Assembly: GCA_046734155.1 (NCBI GenBank)
Contig: JBKPQP010000141.1
Coordinates: 1-48,412 of the forward strand
Direction of reading: 5' to 3'
From: Actinomycetota bacterium
GTDB taxonomy: Bacteria > Actinomycetota > Thermoleophilia > Gaiellales > Gaiellaceae
Length of the DNA: 48,412 nt
Every line of letters begins with the position of its first letter. Positions within the stretch are counted from its first letter, which is position 1. This document shows, piece by piece, positions 16,518 through 24,369 of this stretch. The notes below the pieces were generated by a model. It saw only the letters and a list, made by a program, of their open reading frames with translations, was not told where the DNA came from and searched no databases. A program made the translations under genes and the position numbers.

Positions 16518-17752
16518 GCCTCGTCCTCGTCGGGACGTCGCATCGGCTCTCGCCCGTTGAGGTGCGGGAGCGTGTCGCCTTCGATCTGGAGGGCTCGGCG
16601 GAGCTGGCGCGGCGACTGGCCGGGGGCGGCGAGGCGGTCTGCCTCTCGACCTGCAACCGAACCGAGCTCTACCTCGTGGACACGGATCCCGAGGCGGCCG
16701 AGGCGCGAGCATCGACGGCGCTGCTCGAGGACGAGGTCGAGCTATATCGCATGACCGACGAGGCGGCGGCCCTGCATCTGTTCCGGGTCGCGGCGGGGCT
16801 CGACTCACTCGTCCCCGGTGAGGGCGAGATCCTCGGCCAGGTGCGCGACGCGTACGAGGCCGGCGCGCACGGGCCAGTACTCGACCGGTTGTTCCGCGAG
16901 GCGCTTCGCGTCGGGAAGAAGGTGCGGACGGAGACTGCGATCAACGAGAGCCCGTCGTCGGTCTCGTCCGCGGCAGCAGCGCTTGCCCAGCAGGTGTTCG
17001 GCGACCTGGCGGACTGCCGCGTGCTCCTCGTCGGCGCCGGCGAGGTGAGCGAGCTCGCTGCGCGGGCGCTCGCGGCCCGGGGCGCGACGGTCGGGGCGGT
17101 CACGAGCCGCACGCAGGCGAATGCGGAGAGGTTGGCAGGCGCCTTCGATTCGCACGCCGTTCCGTTCGACCGGCTCGGCTCGGAGCTCGAGCACGCCGAC
17201 GTCGTCGTCTCCTCCACGAGCTCGGCGGAACCGATCCTTTCCCGCGACCAGGTGCCCGCTCGGAGCGGCCGCCCGCTGTTCGTAATCGACCTCGCCGTTC
17301 CGCGGGACGTCGACCCGGCTGTCGCCCGGCTCGAGGACTGCTACCTGTACGACATCGACGACCTCCAGGCGGTTGTCCGCGAGAGCCTTTCCGGCCGTCG
17401 ACGCGAAGCCGAGCGCGCCGAAGCGATCGTGGAGCGCGAGGCGGAGCGCTTCCGGGACTGGCAGGCGAGCCTCCAGGTCGTCCCTGCGATCGCTTCCCTG
17501 CGCGAACGCGCCGAGAGCATTCGCTCGGGAGAGCTGGCGAAGGCCGAGAGTCGCCTCGAGGGCCTCTCGGAGAGCGAGCGCCGTACGGTCGAGTCGCTGA
17601 CCACGCAGATCGTGAACAAACTCCTGCACGTACCGATCGTGCGGCTCAAGCAGGCGGCCGCGGCCGAGGGCACGGGCTACGTTGAGGTTGCGCGTGACCT
17701 CTTCGACTTGCCAGAGGACGATGCTGGTCAGAGTCGGAAGCCGCGGAAGTAG
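16514..17752 (+). CDS. hemA: Glutamyl-tRNA reductase HemA
   Basis: Start at ATG 16514 (MSLVLVGTSHRLSPVEVRERV). Catalytic Cys context STCNRTELY. NADPH site LLVGAGEVSELAARAL. C-terminal dimerisation helix. The track ORF from 15911 is an upstream extension. Confidence 0.9.
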   Translation: MSLVLVGTSHRLSPVEVRERVAFDLEGSAELARRLAGGGEAVCLSTCNRTELYLVDTDPEAAEARASTALLEDEVELYRMTDEAAALHLFRVAAGLDSLVPGEGEILGQVRDAYEAGAHGPVLDRLFREALRVGKKVRTETAINESPSSVSSAAAALAQQVFGDLADCRVLLVGAGEVSELAARALAARGATVGAVTSRTQANAERLAGAFDSHAVPFDRLGSELEHADVVVSSTSSAEPILSRDQVPARSGRPLFVIDLAVPRDVDPAVARLEDCYLYDIDDLQAVVRESLSGRRREAERAEAIVEREAERFRDWQASLQVVPAIASLRERAESIRSGELAKAESRLEGLSESERRTVESLTTQIVNKLLHVPIVRLKQAAAAEGTGYVEVARDLFDLPEDDAGQSRKPRK

Positions 17753-18545
17753 GCTCGCGCTCACGCAGGCCGAGCTCGCTGCGAACGCGATCCGCGGGCC
17801 CGGCATCGAGATCGCGCTCGTTCCGATCACGACCGCCGGCGACCGGGACCGGACGAAGCCGTTCGGCCAGATCGGCGAGCGCGGCGTCTTCGTCAAGGAG
17901 CTCGAGGAGGCGCTGCTCGACGGGCGTATCGACGTTGCCGTCCACTCCGCGAAGGACATGACCTCTAGCGACGCGGCCGGCCTCGCTGTAGGCGCCTATC
18001 TGGCGCGCGAGGATCCGCGGGACGCGCTCTGCGGCGCGACCGCGATCGAGCCCGGGATGCGGATCGGCACCGCTTCGATTCGCCGGCGCGCGCAGCTGCT
18101 CGCGCTGGAGTCGTCGCTCTCGATCGAGCCGTTGCGCGGGAACATCGATACGCGCCTTCGCAAGCGCGGTGAGCGCGGTCTCGACGCGGTCGTGCTCGCG
18201 GCCTGCGGGCTCGACCGGCTCGGGCTCGGAAGCGAGATCGGCCACCGCTTCGAGCCGGACGAGATCCTGCCGGAGGCGGGACAAGGGGCGCTCGCGTTGC
18301 AGGTCCGGGTCGGGGAGAAGCACCTTGTCGCAGCCGCGAGTGATGCGGAGACGGCGCGCCGGGTCGAGCTCGAGCGCGCGTGCGTGGCGGCGATCGGCGG
18401 CGGCTGCCTTGCGCCGATCGCGGCCCATCACGACGGAGAGATTCTCACGGCACTCGTGGCAGACCCGGACGGCCGCTGGGTCGAGCGTCGCACCGGCGAC
18501 GACCCGGCCGCGCTCGCCTCGGAGCTGGCCGCACTCGCCGCATGA
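17721..18545 (+). CDS. hemC: Hydroxymethylbilane synthase (porphobilinogen deaminase) HemC
   Basis: MLVRVGSRGSRLALTQA, GNIDTRLRK, cofactor Cys context IGGGCLAPIAA. Start taken at ATG 17721; the track start is 17682. Confidence 0.9.
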   Translation: MLVRVGSRGSRLALTQAELAANAIRGPGIEIALVPITTAGDRDRTKPFGQIGERGVFVKELEEALLDGRIDVAVHSAKDMTSSDAAGLAVGAYLAREDPRDALCGATAIEPGMRIGTASIRRRAQLLALESSLSIEPLRGNIDTRLRKRGERGLDAVVLAACGLDRLGLGSEIGHRFEPDEILPEAGQGALALQVRVGEKHLVAAASDAETARRVELERACVAAIGGGCLAPIAAHHDGEILTALVADPDGRWVERRTGDDPAALASELAALAA

Positions 18546-19180
18546 AGGTCGTCGTGACGCGTCCGCGCGCGCAGTCGGGGCCGCTCGCCGAGCGCCTCGA
18601 GGCGCAGGGGCACGAGGTCGTCGAATGCCCGCTGATCGAGATCGAGCCCACGACCGAGCCAGTCGAGGTCGAGGGTTACGACTGGGTGATCGTGACGAGC
18701 CCGAACGGAGCCGCTGAACTGGTCCGGCGAGCGAGCGGGCAGCTGCCGCGGGTGGCGGCGGTCGGCCCCGGAACCGCTGAAACCTTGCGGGAGCTCGGCG
18801 TCGAGCCTGCGTTCGTCCCGACCGTCTCGTCGCAAGACGGGCTCATCGCCGAGTTTCCACGCCCCACCGGGCGCGTGCTGTTCGCGGCGGCGGCAGGGTC
18901 GCGCCGCGGGCCCGTCGACGAGCTCGGGGCCGAGTTCGTCCCGCTCTACACGACCCGGCCCGTGCGGCCCGCCGAGGCTCCTGACGGTGACCTCGTGGTG
19001 CTCGCCTCCGGGTCGGCAGCGACGTCCCTCGCCGCCCTCGGGGTCGACCTTCCGGTCGTCTCGATCGGGCCTCAGACCACAAAGGCGGCAGAGGCGGCCG
19101 GGCTTCAGGTCGTCGCCGAGGCCGAGACGCACGACTTGGACGGCCTCGTCGCGGCCGTCGGTTCGTTAGCGTCGCGCTGA
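18542..19180 (+). CDS. hemD: Uroporphyrinogen-III synthase HemD
   Basis: ATG 18542 overlaps the hemC stop (ATGA). MKVVVTRPRAQSGPLAERLEAQGHEVVECPLIEI. HEM4-type two-lobe organisation. 212 aa and stand-alone (not fused to cobA). Confidence 0.85.
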   Translation: MKVVVTRPRAQSGPLAERLEAQGHEVVECPLIEIEPTTEPVEVEGYDWVIVTSPNGAAELVRRASGQLPRVAAVGPGTAETLRELGVEPAFVPTVSSQDGLIAEFPRPTGRVLFAAAAGSRRGPVDELGAEFVPLYTTRPVRPAEAPDGDLVVLASGSAATSLAALGVDLPVVSIGPQTTKAAEAAGLQVVAEAETHDLDGLVAAVGSLASR

Positions 19181-19181
19181 C

Positions 19182-19988
19182 GTGCTGGTCACCTTCCTCA
19201 GCGACTTCGGGCTCGAGGACGACTTCGTGGGCACCTGCCACGGCGTGATGAAGGTGATCGCCCCCGACGTCGAGATCCTCGACATCACGCACGGGATCCA
19301 GCGGCACGGCGTGCTCCAGGGCGCGCTCGTGCTCGCGAACACGCTTCCGTATCTGCCGAAAGGCGTGCATCTCGCCGTGGTCGACCCCGGAGTCGGGAGC
19401 GGCCGCCGTGGCCTCGCCTTGCGCTCCGGCGACGATCGGCTCTTCGTCGGCCCCGACAACGGGCTGCTCGTCCCGGCCGCCGAGAAGCTGGGTGGAATCG
19501 AAGCGGCGCACGAGATCACGAACCCGGACTACGTGCTCCACCACGTCTCGGCGACGTTCCACGGGAGGGACGTTTTCTCGCCGGTGACGGCGCACCTCGT
19601 CCGCGGAGTCAAGCTCGAGGACGTCGGCCCGGAGATCGAGCCCGAGTCGCTCGTCAGGCTCGAGGTGCCGAAGGCCGACGTCACGCAGCGGCGGATCCGC
19701 GCCTCGTGCCTCTACGTCGACCGCTTCGGGAACATGGAGCTCAACCTGACGCGGAAAGACCTCGAGACGCTCGACGCCGAGCCGGGCACGCGCGTGGAGC
19801 TGGAGATCGGGTCGGAGCGCTACTACGCCGTGACCGCGCGGACGTTCGGCGATGCCCGCGACGGCGAGATCATCCTCTACGAGGACGCGTACGAGAACAT
19901 CGCGATCGCAATCAGCGGCGGCAGTGCGGCCGGCACGTTCTACTCGGCGGAGCCCGGTGTCCAAGTCGTGATTCGGCTGGCCGACTAA
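19182..19988 (+). CDS. SAM hydroxide adenosyltransferase / SAM hydrolase family protein (DUF62)
   Basis: MLVTFLSDFGLEDDFVGTCHGVM, HLAVVDPGVGS, FHGRDVFSPV, DRFGN are family hallmarks. The GTG start lies one nt after the hemD stop. Confidence 0.85.
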   Translation: MLVTFLSDFGLEDDFVGTCHGVMKVIAPDVEILDITHGIQRHGVLQGALVLANTLPYLPKGVHLAVVDPGVGSGRRGLALRSGDDRLFVGPDNGLLVPAAEKLGGIEAAHEITNPDYVLHHVSATFHGRDVFSPVTAHLVRGVKLEDVGPEIEPESLVRLEVPKADVTQRRIRASCLYVDRFGNMELNLTRKDLETLDAEPGTRVELEIGSERYYAVTARTFGDARDGEIILYEDAYENIAIAISGGSAAGTFYSAEPGVQVVIRLAD

Positions 19989-20012
19989 GTGCCCCCAGCA
20001 ATACATGCCGGC

Positions 20013-20041
20013 CTCTGGCCCGCGATCACGCGGCGCCAGAG
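20013..20041 (+). terminator. GC-rich hairpin after the SAM hydrolase gene (terminator-like, no U-tract)
   Basis: CTCTGGC-CCGCG-ATCA-CGCGG-C-GCCAGAG gives 12 bp of stem with one bulge, 25 nt after the stop at 19988. It is followed by CCACCCTCC rather than a T run. Confidence 0.4.
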
Positions 20042-20212
20042 TCCACCCTCCTCCTCACCAAGGTCTTTGGGCCTTGCCTCGTCGGAGCGCGGCATCTGGA
20101 CTAAGGCGGCCGCGCCGGCAAAGCCGGCACGGCCTCTTGTGGTCGGCGCCCACGAGTCGGCGCCTCGGGCTCGCGACCCAGAAGCTCGACGGCATTACTG
20201 GAAGGGGCACTA

Positions 20213-20839
20213 ATGCTGGAGCAGCTTGGCCGCAAGTTCGCGCGCTTCACCACGAACCAGGTTGTTCGCCGTCCGCGGCTCTGGCCGGCGTTCCGTTGGT
20301 TGACGCGCTCGCAGTTCAACAGGATCGCTCCGCGCTGGGACGAGATGCGCTCGCCCGAGGCGTTCGCTCCGCTCGAGGCGGCTCTCGATGCGCTCGACCT
20401 GAGCCCGGGACGCGCGCTCGATCTCGGGACCGGCACCGGTCGGGCCGCGTTCGTGGTCGCACGCCGCTACCCGGAGGCGGAGGTGGTCGGCGTCGACATC
20501 GCGGAGGACATGCTGGTCGAGGCCAGGCGGCTGACTCCGCCGGAGCTCGCGGGCCGCGTGCGATTCGAGCAGGCCGATGCGGAGCGGCTTTCGTTTTCCG
20601 ACGGCTCCTTCGACCTCGTTTCGCTCGCGAACATGATCCCGTTCTTCGAGGAGTTGGCGCGGGTCACGGCGCCGGGCGGGGCAGTGGTGTTTTCATTCTC
20701 GGCGGGGCCGGAGACGCCGATCTACGTGCCCCCCGACGTACTCCGCGCGAGGCTTGGGGAGCAAGGTTTCACGGAATTTGCGGACTTTGCAGCCGGAAAC
20801 GGCACGGCGCTCGCATCACGCAAACCCCGCGAGGCGTAG
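20213..20839 (+). CDS. Class I SAM-dependent methyltransferase
   Basis: Motif I ALDLGTGTGRAAF. Post-I VVGVDIAEDML. Methyltransf_11-like FDLVSLANMIPF. GGAAGGGG lies 5 nt upstream of the ATG. Confidence 0.8.
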   Translation: MLEQLGRKFARFTTNQVVRRPRLWPAFRWLTRSQFNRIAPRWDEMRSPEAFAPLEAALDALDLSPGRALDLGTGTGRAAFVVARRYPEAEVVGVDIAEDMLVEARRLTPPELAGRVRFEQADAERLSFSDGSFDLVSLANMIPFFEELARVTAPGGAVVFSFSAGPETPIYVPPDVLRARLGEQGFTEFADFAAGNGTALASRKPREA

Positions 20840-20853
20840 GGTTCTTCGCAAGA

Positions 20854-20896
20854 GGACGTCGGCGGCACGGAGACACCGGCCCCGACGTCCTTTTTT
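20854..20896 (+). terminator. Rho-independent terminator of the methyltransferase gene
   Basis: GGACGTCGG (20854-20862) pairs with CCGACGTCC (20882-20890), with 3 further bp inside the loop. TTTTTT follows immediately (20891-20896). Confidence 0.75.
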
Positions 20897-20972
20897 GCGC
20901 GCTCTGCGCAAAAAAGTGAGAACCGCGAAGCGGTTCGAACTACCGGCCTCGAGGGTCGAGCGCGGGGTCATG

Positions 20973-20999
20973 TTGACCGCAAGGCGACCTGGCTACACT
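20973..20999 (+). promoter_or_regulatory. Candidate promoter for tRNA-Phe
   Basis: TTGACC (20973-20978) and TACACT (20994-20999). The -10 ends 9 nt before the mature tRNA 5' end. The spacer is only 15 nt, which is suboptimal. Confidence 0.35.
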
Positions 21000-21008
21000 G
21001 CGGGGCGC

Positions 21009-21081
21009 GGCGAGGTAGCTCAGTTGGTAGAGCACACGGCTGAAAACCGTGGTGTCGCCGGTTCGATTCCGGCCCTCGCCA
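21009..21081 (+). tRNA. tRNA-Phe (anticodon GAA)
   Basis: Hand-folded cloverleaf. Acceptor GGCGAGG/CCTCGCC. D arm GCTC-AGTTGGTA-GAGC. Anticodon arm CACGG-CTGAAAA-CCGTG. Variable loop GTGTC. T arm GCCGG-TTCGATT-CCGGC. Discriminator A. CCA is not fully encoded (ACCT follows). Confidence 0.95.
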
Positions 21082-21102
21082 CCTGAGGTTGCCCCGGCGC
21101 GT

Positions 21103-21495
21103 TCAGACTGGGACTTTGGCGGCTGTCAGGCGGCCCAGGAGGCCGTCGACGAACGCGTTCTTGAGGAGAACGTCGTCCGCGCCTGAATCCTTCGCCGCCG
21201 AGTGCAGCGCAGGCGCATCGTCTCCCGTGAGCGCGATCAGGCACAGATGCGGATGGTCGCGTCGGAGCCGCGCCATGACCGTGACACCGTCCAGGAGAGG
21301 CATGTGCAAGTCGAGCACGACCGCATCTGGCGCGAGCTCGTCGACGAGCTCGATCGCAGACAGCCCGTTCGTCGCCGTCGCGACGACCGACAGCTCGCGC
21401 TGGGCTTCGATCAGCTCACGCAGCGACGCGAGGAAATCCGCATCGTCGTCGGCGAGCAGCACGCGAACTCCACCTTCGGCCGTCACAGTCTTCAA
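21103..21495 (-). CDS. Stand-alone receiver-domain response regulator (CheY-like)
   Basis: VRVLLADDDADF, DAVVLDLHMPLLDG, LIALTGDD, with no output domain. Lies 12 nt downstream of the ETF gene on the same strand. Start uncertain: TTG 21495, or GTG 21462 preceded by GAAGGTGGAG. Confidence 0.8.
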   Translation of the reverse strand: MKTVTAEGGVRVLLADDDADFLASLRELIEAQRELSVVATATNGLSAIELVDELAPDAVVLDLHMPLLDGVTVMARLRRDHPHLCLIALTGDDAPALHSAAKDSGADDVLLKNAFVDGLLGRLTAAKVPV

Positions 21496-21507
21496 GAACT
21501 CGAATAT

Positions 21508-23253
21508 TCAGCCCGCGGGTGCGACCGAGTCAAGCAGCTTCGGAAGAATCTCTCGCGGATCGCCGGAAACGGACACGTCCGCGTCGTCCGGAGCCTCGCC
21601 GCCGATCGTGGCGATCACCCGCGCCTTGACGACTCCGCCCCAGTGCTCGAGGTCGTCGCCGACCCCGACTCCGACGTAGAGTCGCGGCGCGACCGGGCGG
21701 CCTAGGAGGCCGATCTGCCGCGTCGGCTCGACGAGACCCGTCTCACACGCCTCCCGGGTGCCCGCGAGCGCAGCGTCCAGATCGTCGATCTCCGCCAGTA
21801 CCTCTGCTGGAACCGTCGCGCCGACGCCCACGACGACGTCCTTCTCGTCCAGCTCGAACGACTCGCAGTCGCGCTCCCGCTGGACAAGCCTGACCTTGGG
21901 TTCCGGAAGCGCGCCGACGTCGAGACGGCGCACCTCGGTCTCGAACTCCTGCGGCTGTAGCGGCTCGTACATCCGCGGGAGCACAGTCGCCAGCTGCGGG
22001 GTCGTCGCTCCGAGAATGACCGAGACGATGTTCCCGCCGTAGGCCGGCTTCTGCTGGAGCAGGCGGCCCGCCTTCGCGATGTCGACACCAACGCAGTCCG
22101 CGGTCATCCCGAGCTCGAGATCCCCGGCTGCACGCGGGCCGTAGTCGCGGCCGCGACCCGTTGCGGGAATCAGCATGGCGCGCGGCAGATGTTCGGCGAG
22201 CACGCGCCGTAGGACCTCTGCCCAGAGCTCCGGGTGATAGTCGGCGAGCGCGGGGTCCCCGACCGTGTAGACGATCTCGGCTCCGTACGCGGCCGCCTCT
22301 TTCATTGCCGAGTCGAGGTCGTGGCCGATGAGCAGCGCGACGGCCCGGCCGCCGAGCTTGCCCGCCAGATCGCGGCTCCGTGCGATCAGCTCGAGAGACA
22401 CGCGGCGGTGGCGACCGTCGACGAGCTCAGAGACGCTCCAGCAGTCGTACTGCGCTCCGGGCTCTTCGGCAATGGTGTCCGGCTTGTCCCAACTTGGTTC
22501 CTCGGGCGCGCGCTCGGCCAGCAGCTCGCGTACTCGGGCCGCAGCTTCCTCCGGGCTCGCTGCTCGGATCCCTGCCCGCTCGGGCCGCGAATCGCGGACC
22601 GCCATCACACGGGTCGGCGAGCCCGTTTGACCGAAGCGCTTCTCGTACGGCTGGAGGTCGTCGACGAGGTCGGTCGCCTGCCAGATCGTAATCTCGTCGC
22701 CTGCGCTCCCGGTCGGCGCGTCCTCCGGGGGGCGGCCGACAGAAACGACGAGCGGGAGATCGGCCTCGTACACGTCGTGCCCGAAATCCGTCTCGCGGGT
22801 GAGTCGCAGCCCGTCCCCGTCGCGCTCGAGCGCCGAGATGCTGATCGCGTGCGGCCAGCCGAGGAACGCGGCGACCTGAGGCGGCACCTGCCACGTCTCG
22901 GAGTCGAGCGCCTTGCGCCCGCAGAGGACGAGGTCCGCGCCTTCCTTCTCGATCGCGAGCGCGAGCGTGCGCGAGGTGCCGAGCGTGTCCGCGACGGCGA
23001 AGACCCGGTCCGAGAGGTGGATTGCCCGCTGTGCACCGATCGCGAGTGCCTCGCGTAGTGCCTCGTCGGCCTGTGGCGGGCCCATCGTCATGACCACCAC
23101 CTCGTCCGCCAGCCTGGCCGCGTGCTGGATCGCGTATCGATCGAAGGTGTTCAACTCGAGCGGCACCCCCTCGCGCTTGAGGGAGTGCGTCTCCTCGTCG
23201 AACTCGATCGCTCCGAGCGCCGGCACCTGCTTGACGAGGCAGATCGCCTTCAT
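21508..23253 (-). CDS. Fused electron transfer flavoprotein, beta-subunit domain followed by alpha-subunit domain
   Basis: N-terminal part MKAICLVKQVPALGAIEFDEE...VVVMTMGPPQADEALREALAIGAQRAIHLSD is ETF-beta/FixA-like. The remainder (LIPATGRGRDYGPRAAGDLELGMTADCVG, KPAYGGNIVSVI, PQLATVLP, PRLYVGVGVGDDLEHWGG) is colinear with ETF-alpha/FixB. A single 581-aa ORF. Confidence 0.8.
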   Translation of the reverse strand: MKAICLVKQVPALGAIEFDEETHSLKREGVPLELNTFDRYAIQHAARLADEVVVMTMGPPQADEALREALAIGAQRAIHLSDRVFAVADTLGTSRTLALAIEKEGADLVLCGRKALDSETWQVPPQVAAFLGWPHAISISALERDGDGLRLTRETDFGHDVYEADLPLVVSVGRPPEDAPTGSAGDEITIWQATDLVDDLQPYEKRFGQTGSPTRVMAVRDSRPERAGIRAASPEEAAARVRELLAERAPEEPSWDKPDTIAEEPGAQYDCWSVSELVDGRHRRVSLELIARSRDLAGKLGGRAVALLIGHDLDSAMKEAAAYGAEIVYTVGDPALADYHPELWAEVLRRVLAEHLPRAMLIPATGRGRDYGPRAAGDLELGMTADCVGVDIAKAGRLLQQKPAYGGNIVSVILGATTPQLATVLPRMYEPLQPQEFETEVRRLDVGALPEPKVRLVQRERDCESFELDEKDVVVGVGATVPAEVLAEIDDLDAALAGTREACETGLVEPTRQIGLLGRPVAPRLYVGVGVGDDLEHWGGVVKARVIATIGGEAPDDADVSVSGDPREILPKLLDSVAPAG

Positions 23254-23273
23254 AGCTGCGAGCCTATATACCC
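23254..23273. promoter_or_regulatory. 20-bp divergent intergenic region with a palindromic TATATA box
   Basis: AGCTGCGAGCCTATATACCC lies between the ETF ATG (23253, minus) and the phosphoesterase GTG (23274, plus). TATATA occupies 23265-23270. Neither gene has room for an SD. Confidence 0.35.
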
Positions 23274-23942
23274 GTGCTCGGGATCCTGTACGACATCCAC
23301 GGGAACGTACCGGCGCTCGAGCGGATTCTGGCCGACGCGGACGGGCTCGAGATCGACCGGTGGTTGCTCGGCGGCGACTACGGGACGCCGAGCCCCTGGC
23401 CCGAGGAGACGATCGCGCGGCTCAAGGAACTGCCCAACGCGACCTGGATTCGTGGCAATGGTGAGCGCTGGCTCCGCGAGCCGCCGCTCGACCGGCCCGA
23501 GGTAATGGAGGTCTACGACGCCTTCCATGGCTCCTACGACGAGAAGCTCGTCGACTGGCTCTACAACCTGCCGCCCCAGGCCGAGCTGGACGGGATCCTC
23601 TACGTCCACGGTTCGCCGCTCTCGGACGTCGAGAGCTTCCCGCCAAAGCCTTCACACGACGATGAGCGGATGCTCGCGGGCGTCCACGACCGGACCGTCG
23701 TCTTCGGCCACAGCCACCAGCAGTTCCGTCGGCCGGGGCCGAACGGGACCGCGCTCGTCAATCCGGGTAGCGCCGGCATGCCGCTCGACGGCGACGTGCG
23801 CGCGGCGTGGGCGACCTGGGACGACGACTTCGAGTTCCGCCGGACCGAGTACGACGTCGCACGCGCGGCGGCGGGTTACCGGTCGATGGGCGGGGACTTC
23901 GGCGAGTTCGCGGCTAACCGGATTGAGCGTGGCTCGGACTAG
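23274..23942 (+). CDS. Calcineurin-like metallophosphoesterase (YfcE/MJ0936-like)
   Basis: DIHGN, GGDY, GNGE, FGHSH, NPGSAG motifs in the canonical order. 222 aa. Confidence 0.8.
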   Translation: MLGILYDIHGNVPALERILADADGLEIDRWLLGGDYGTPSPWPEETIARLKELPNATWIRGNGERWLREPPLDRPEVMEVYDAFHGSYDEKLVDWLYNLPPQAELDGILYVHGSPLSDVESFPPKPSHDDERMLAGVHDRTVVFGHSHQQFRRPGPNGTALVNPGSAGMPLDGDVRAAWATWDDDFEFRRTEYDVARAAAGYRSMGGDFGEFAANRIERGSD

Positions 23943-24369
23943 ATAGCTTCGCGTCGACGGAGATCTCGACGTTGCCCTCGAGAGCCTTCGAGACCGGGCA
24001 GTTTTCCTTCGCGCCCTCGGCCGCTTCGCGGAACGCAGCCTCGTCGAGCCCGTCGACCTCGCCTTCGATCTGAAGTTGGATCTTCGTCATTCGGAAGCCG
24101 GCGTCGGTCTTGTCGAAGGTCGCGGTCGCGTTGGACTCGAGGCGGGTCGGTTCGTGGCCGCTCTCGGCCAGAACGTGAGAAAGCGCCATCGAGACGCACG
24201 TGGCGTGCGCTGCCGCAATCAGCTCCTCCGGGCTGACGCCCTCGGCGTTTTCGGCCCGCGCGGACCAGCTCACGCTCTCGTCGGAGACCACGCCGCTCCC
24301 GGTCGAGACGCGGCCCGAGCCGCTCATCAGGTCGCCTTCCCAGGTCGCTCGTGCGGTCTTGTCAGTCAT
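23914..24369 (-). CDS. osmC: OsmC-family peroxiredoxin
   Basis: Start taken at ATG 24369 (MTDKTARATWEGDL); the track ORF starts at 24513. Conserved Cys contexts AAAHATCVSMAL and ENCPVSKAL. Confidence 0.85.
   Translation of the reverse strand: MTDKTARATWEGDLMSGSGRVSTGSGVVSDESVSWSARAENAEGVSPEELIAAAHATCVSMALSHVLAESGHEPTRLESNATATFDKTDAGFRMTKIQLQIEGEVDGLDEAAFREAAEGAKENCPVSKALEGNVEISVDAKLSSPSHAQSG

Noticed and set aside
19989-20212. Possible SAH or SAM riboswitch upstream of the methyltransferase
   Set aside because: A GGAGCGCGGC stretch loosely recalls the SAH element. I could not find the remaining conserved segments or a consistent pseudoknot, and methyltransferases of this type are not usual riboswitch targets. 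A covariance-model scan is needed, so no call is made.
21009-21102. tRNA-Phe as an integration site for a genomic island
   Set aside because: There is no integrase, no direct repeat of the tRNA 3' end that I could find downstream, and the flanking genes (ETF, rarA, osmC) look like core genes with the same composition.
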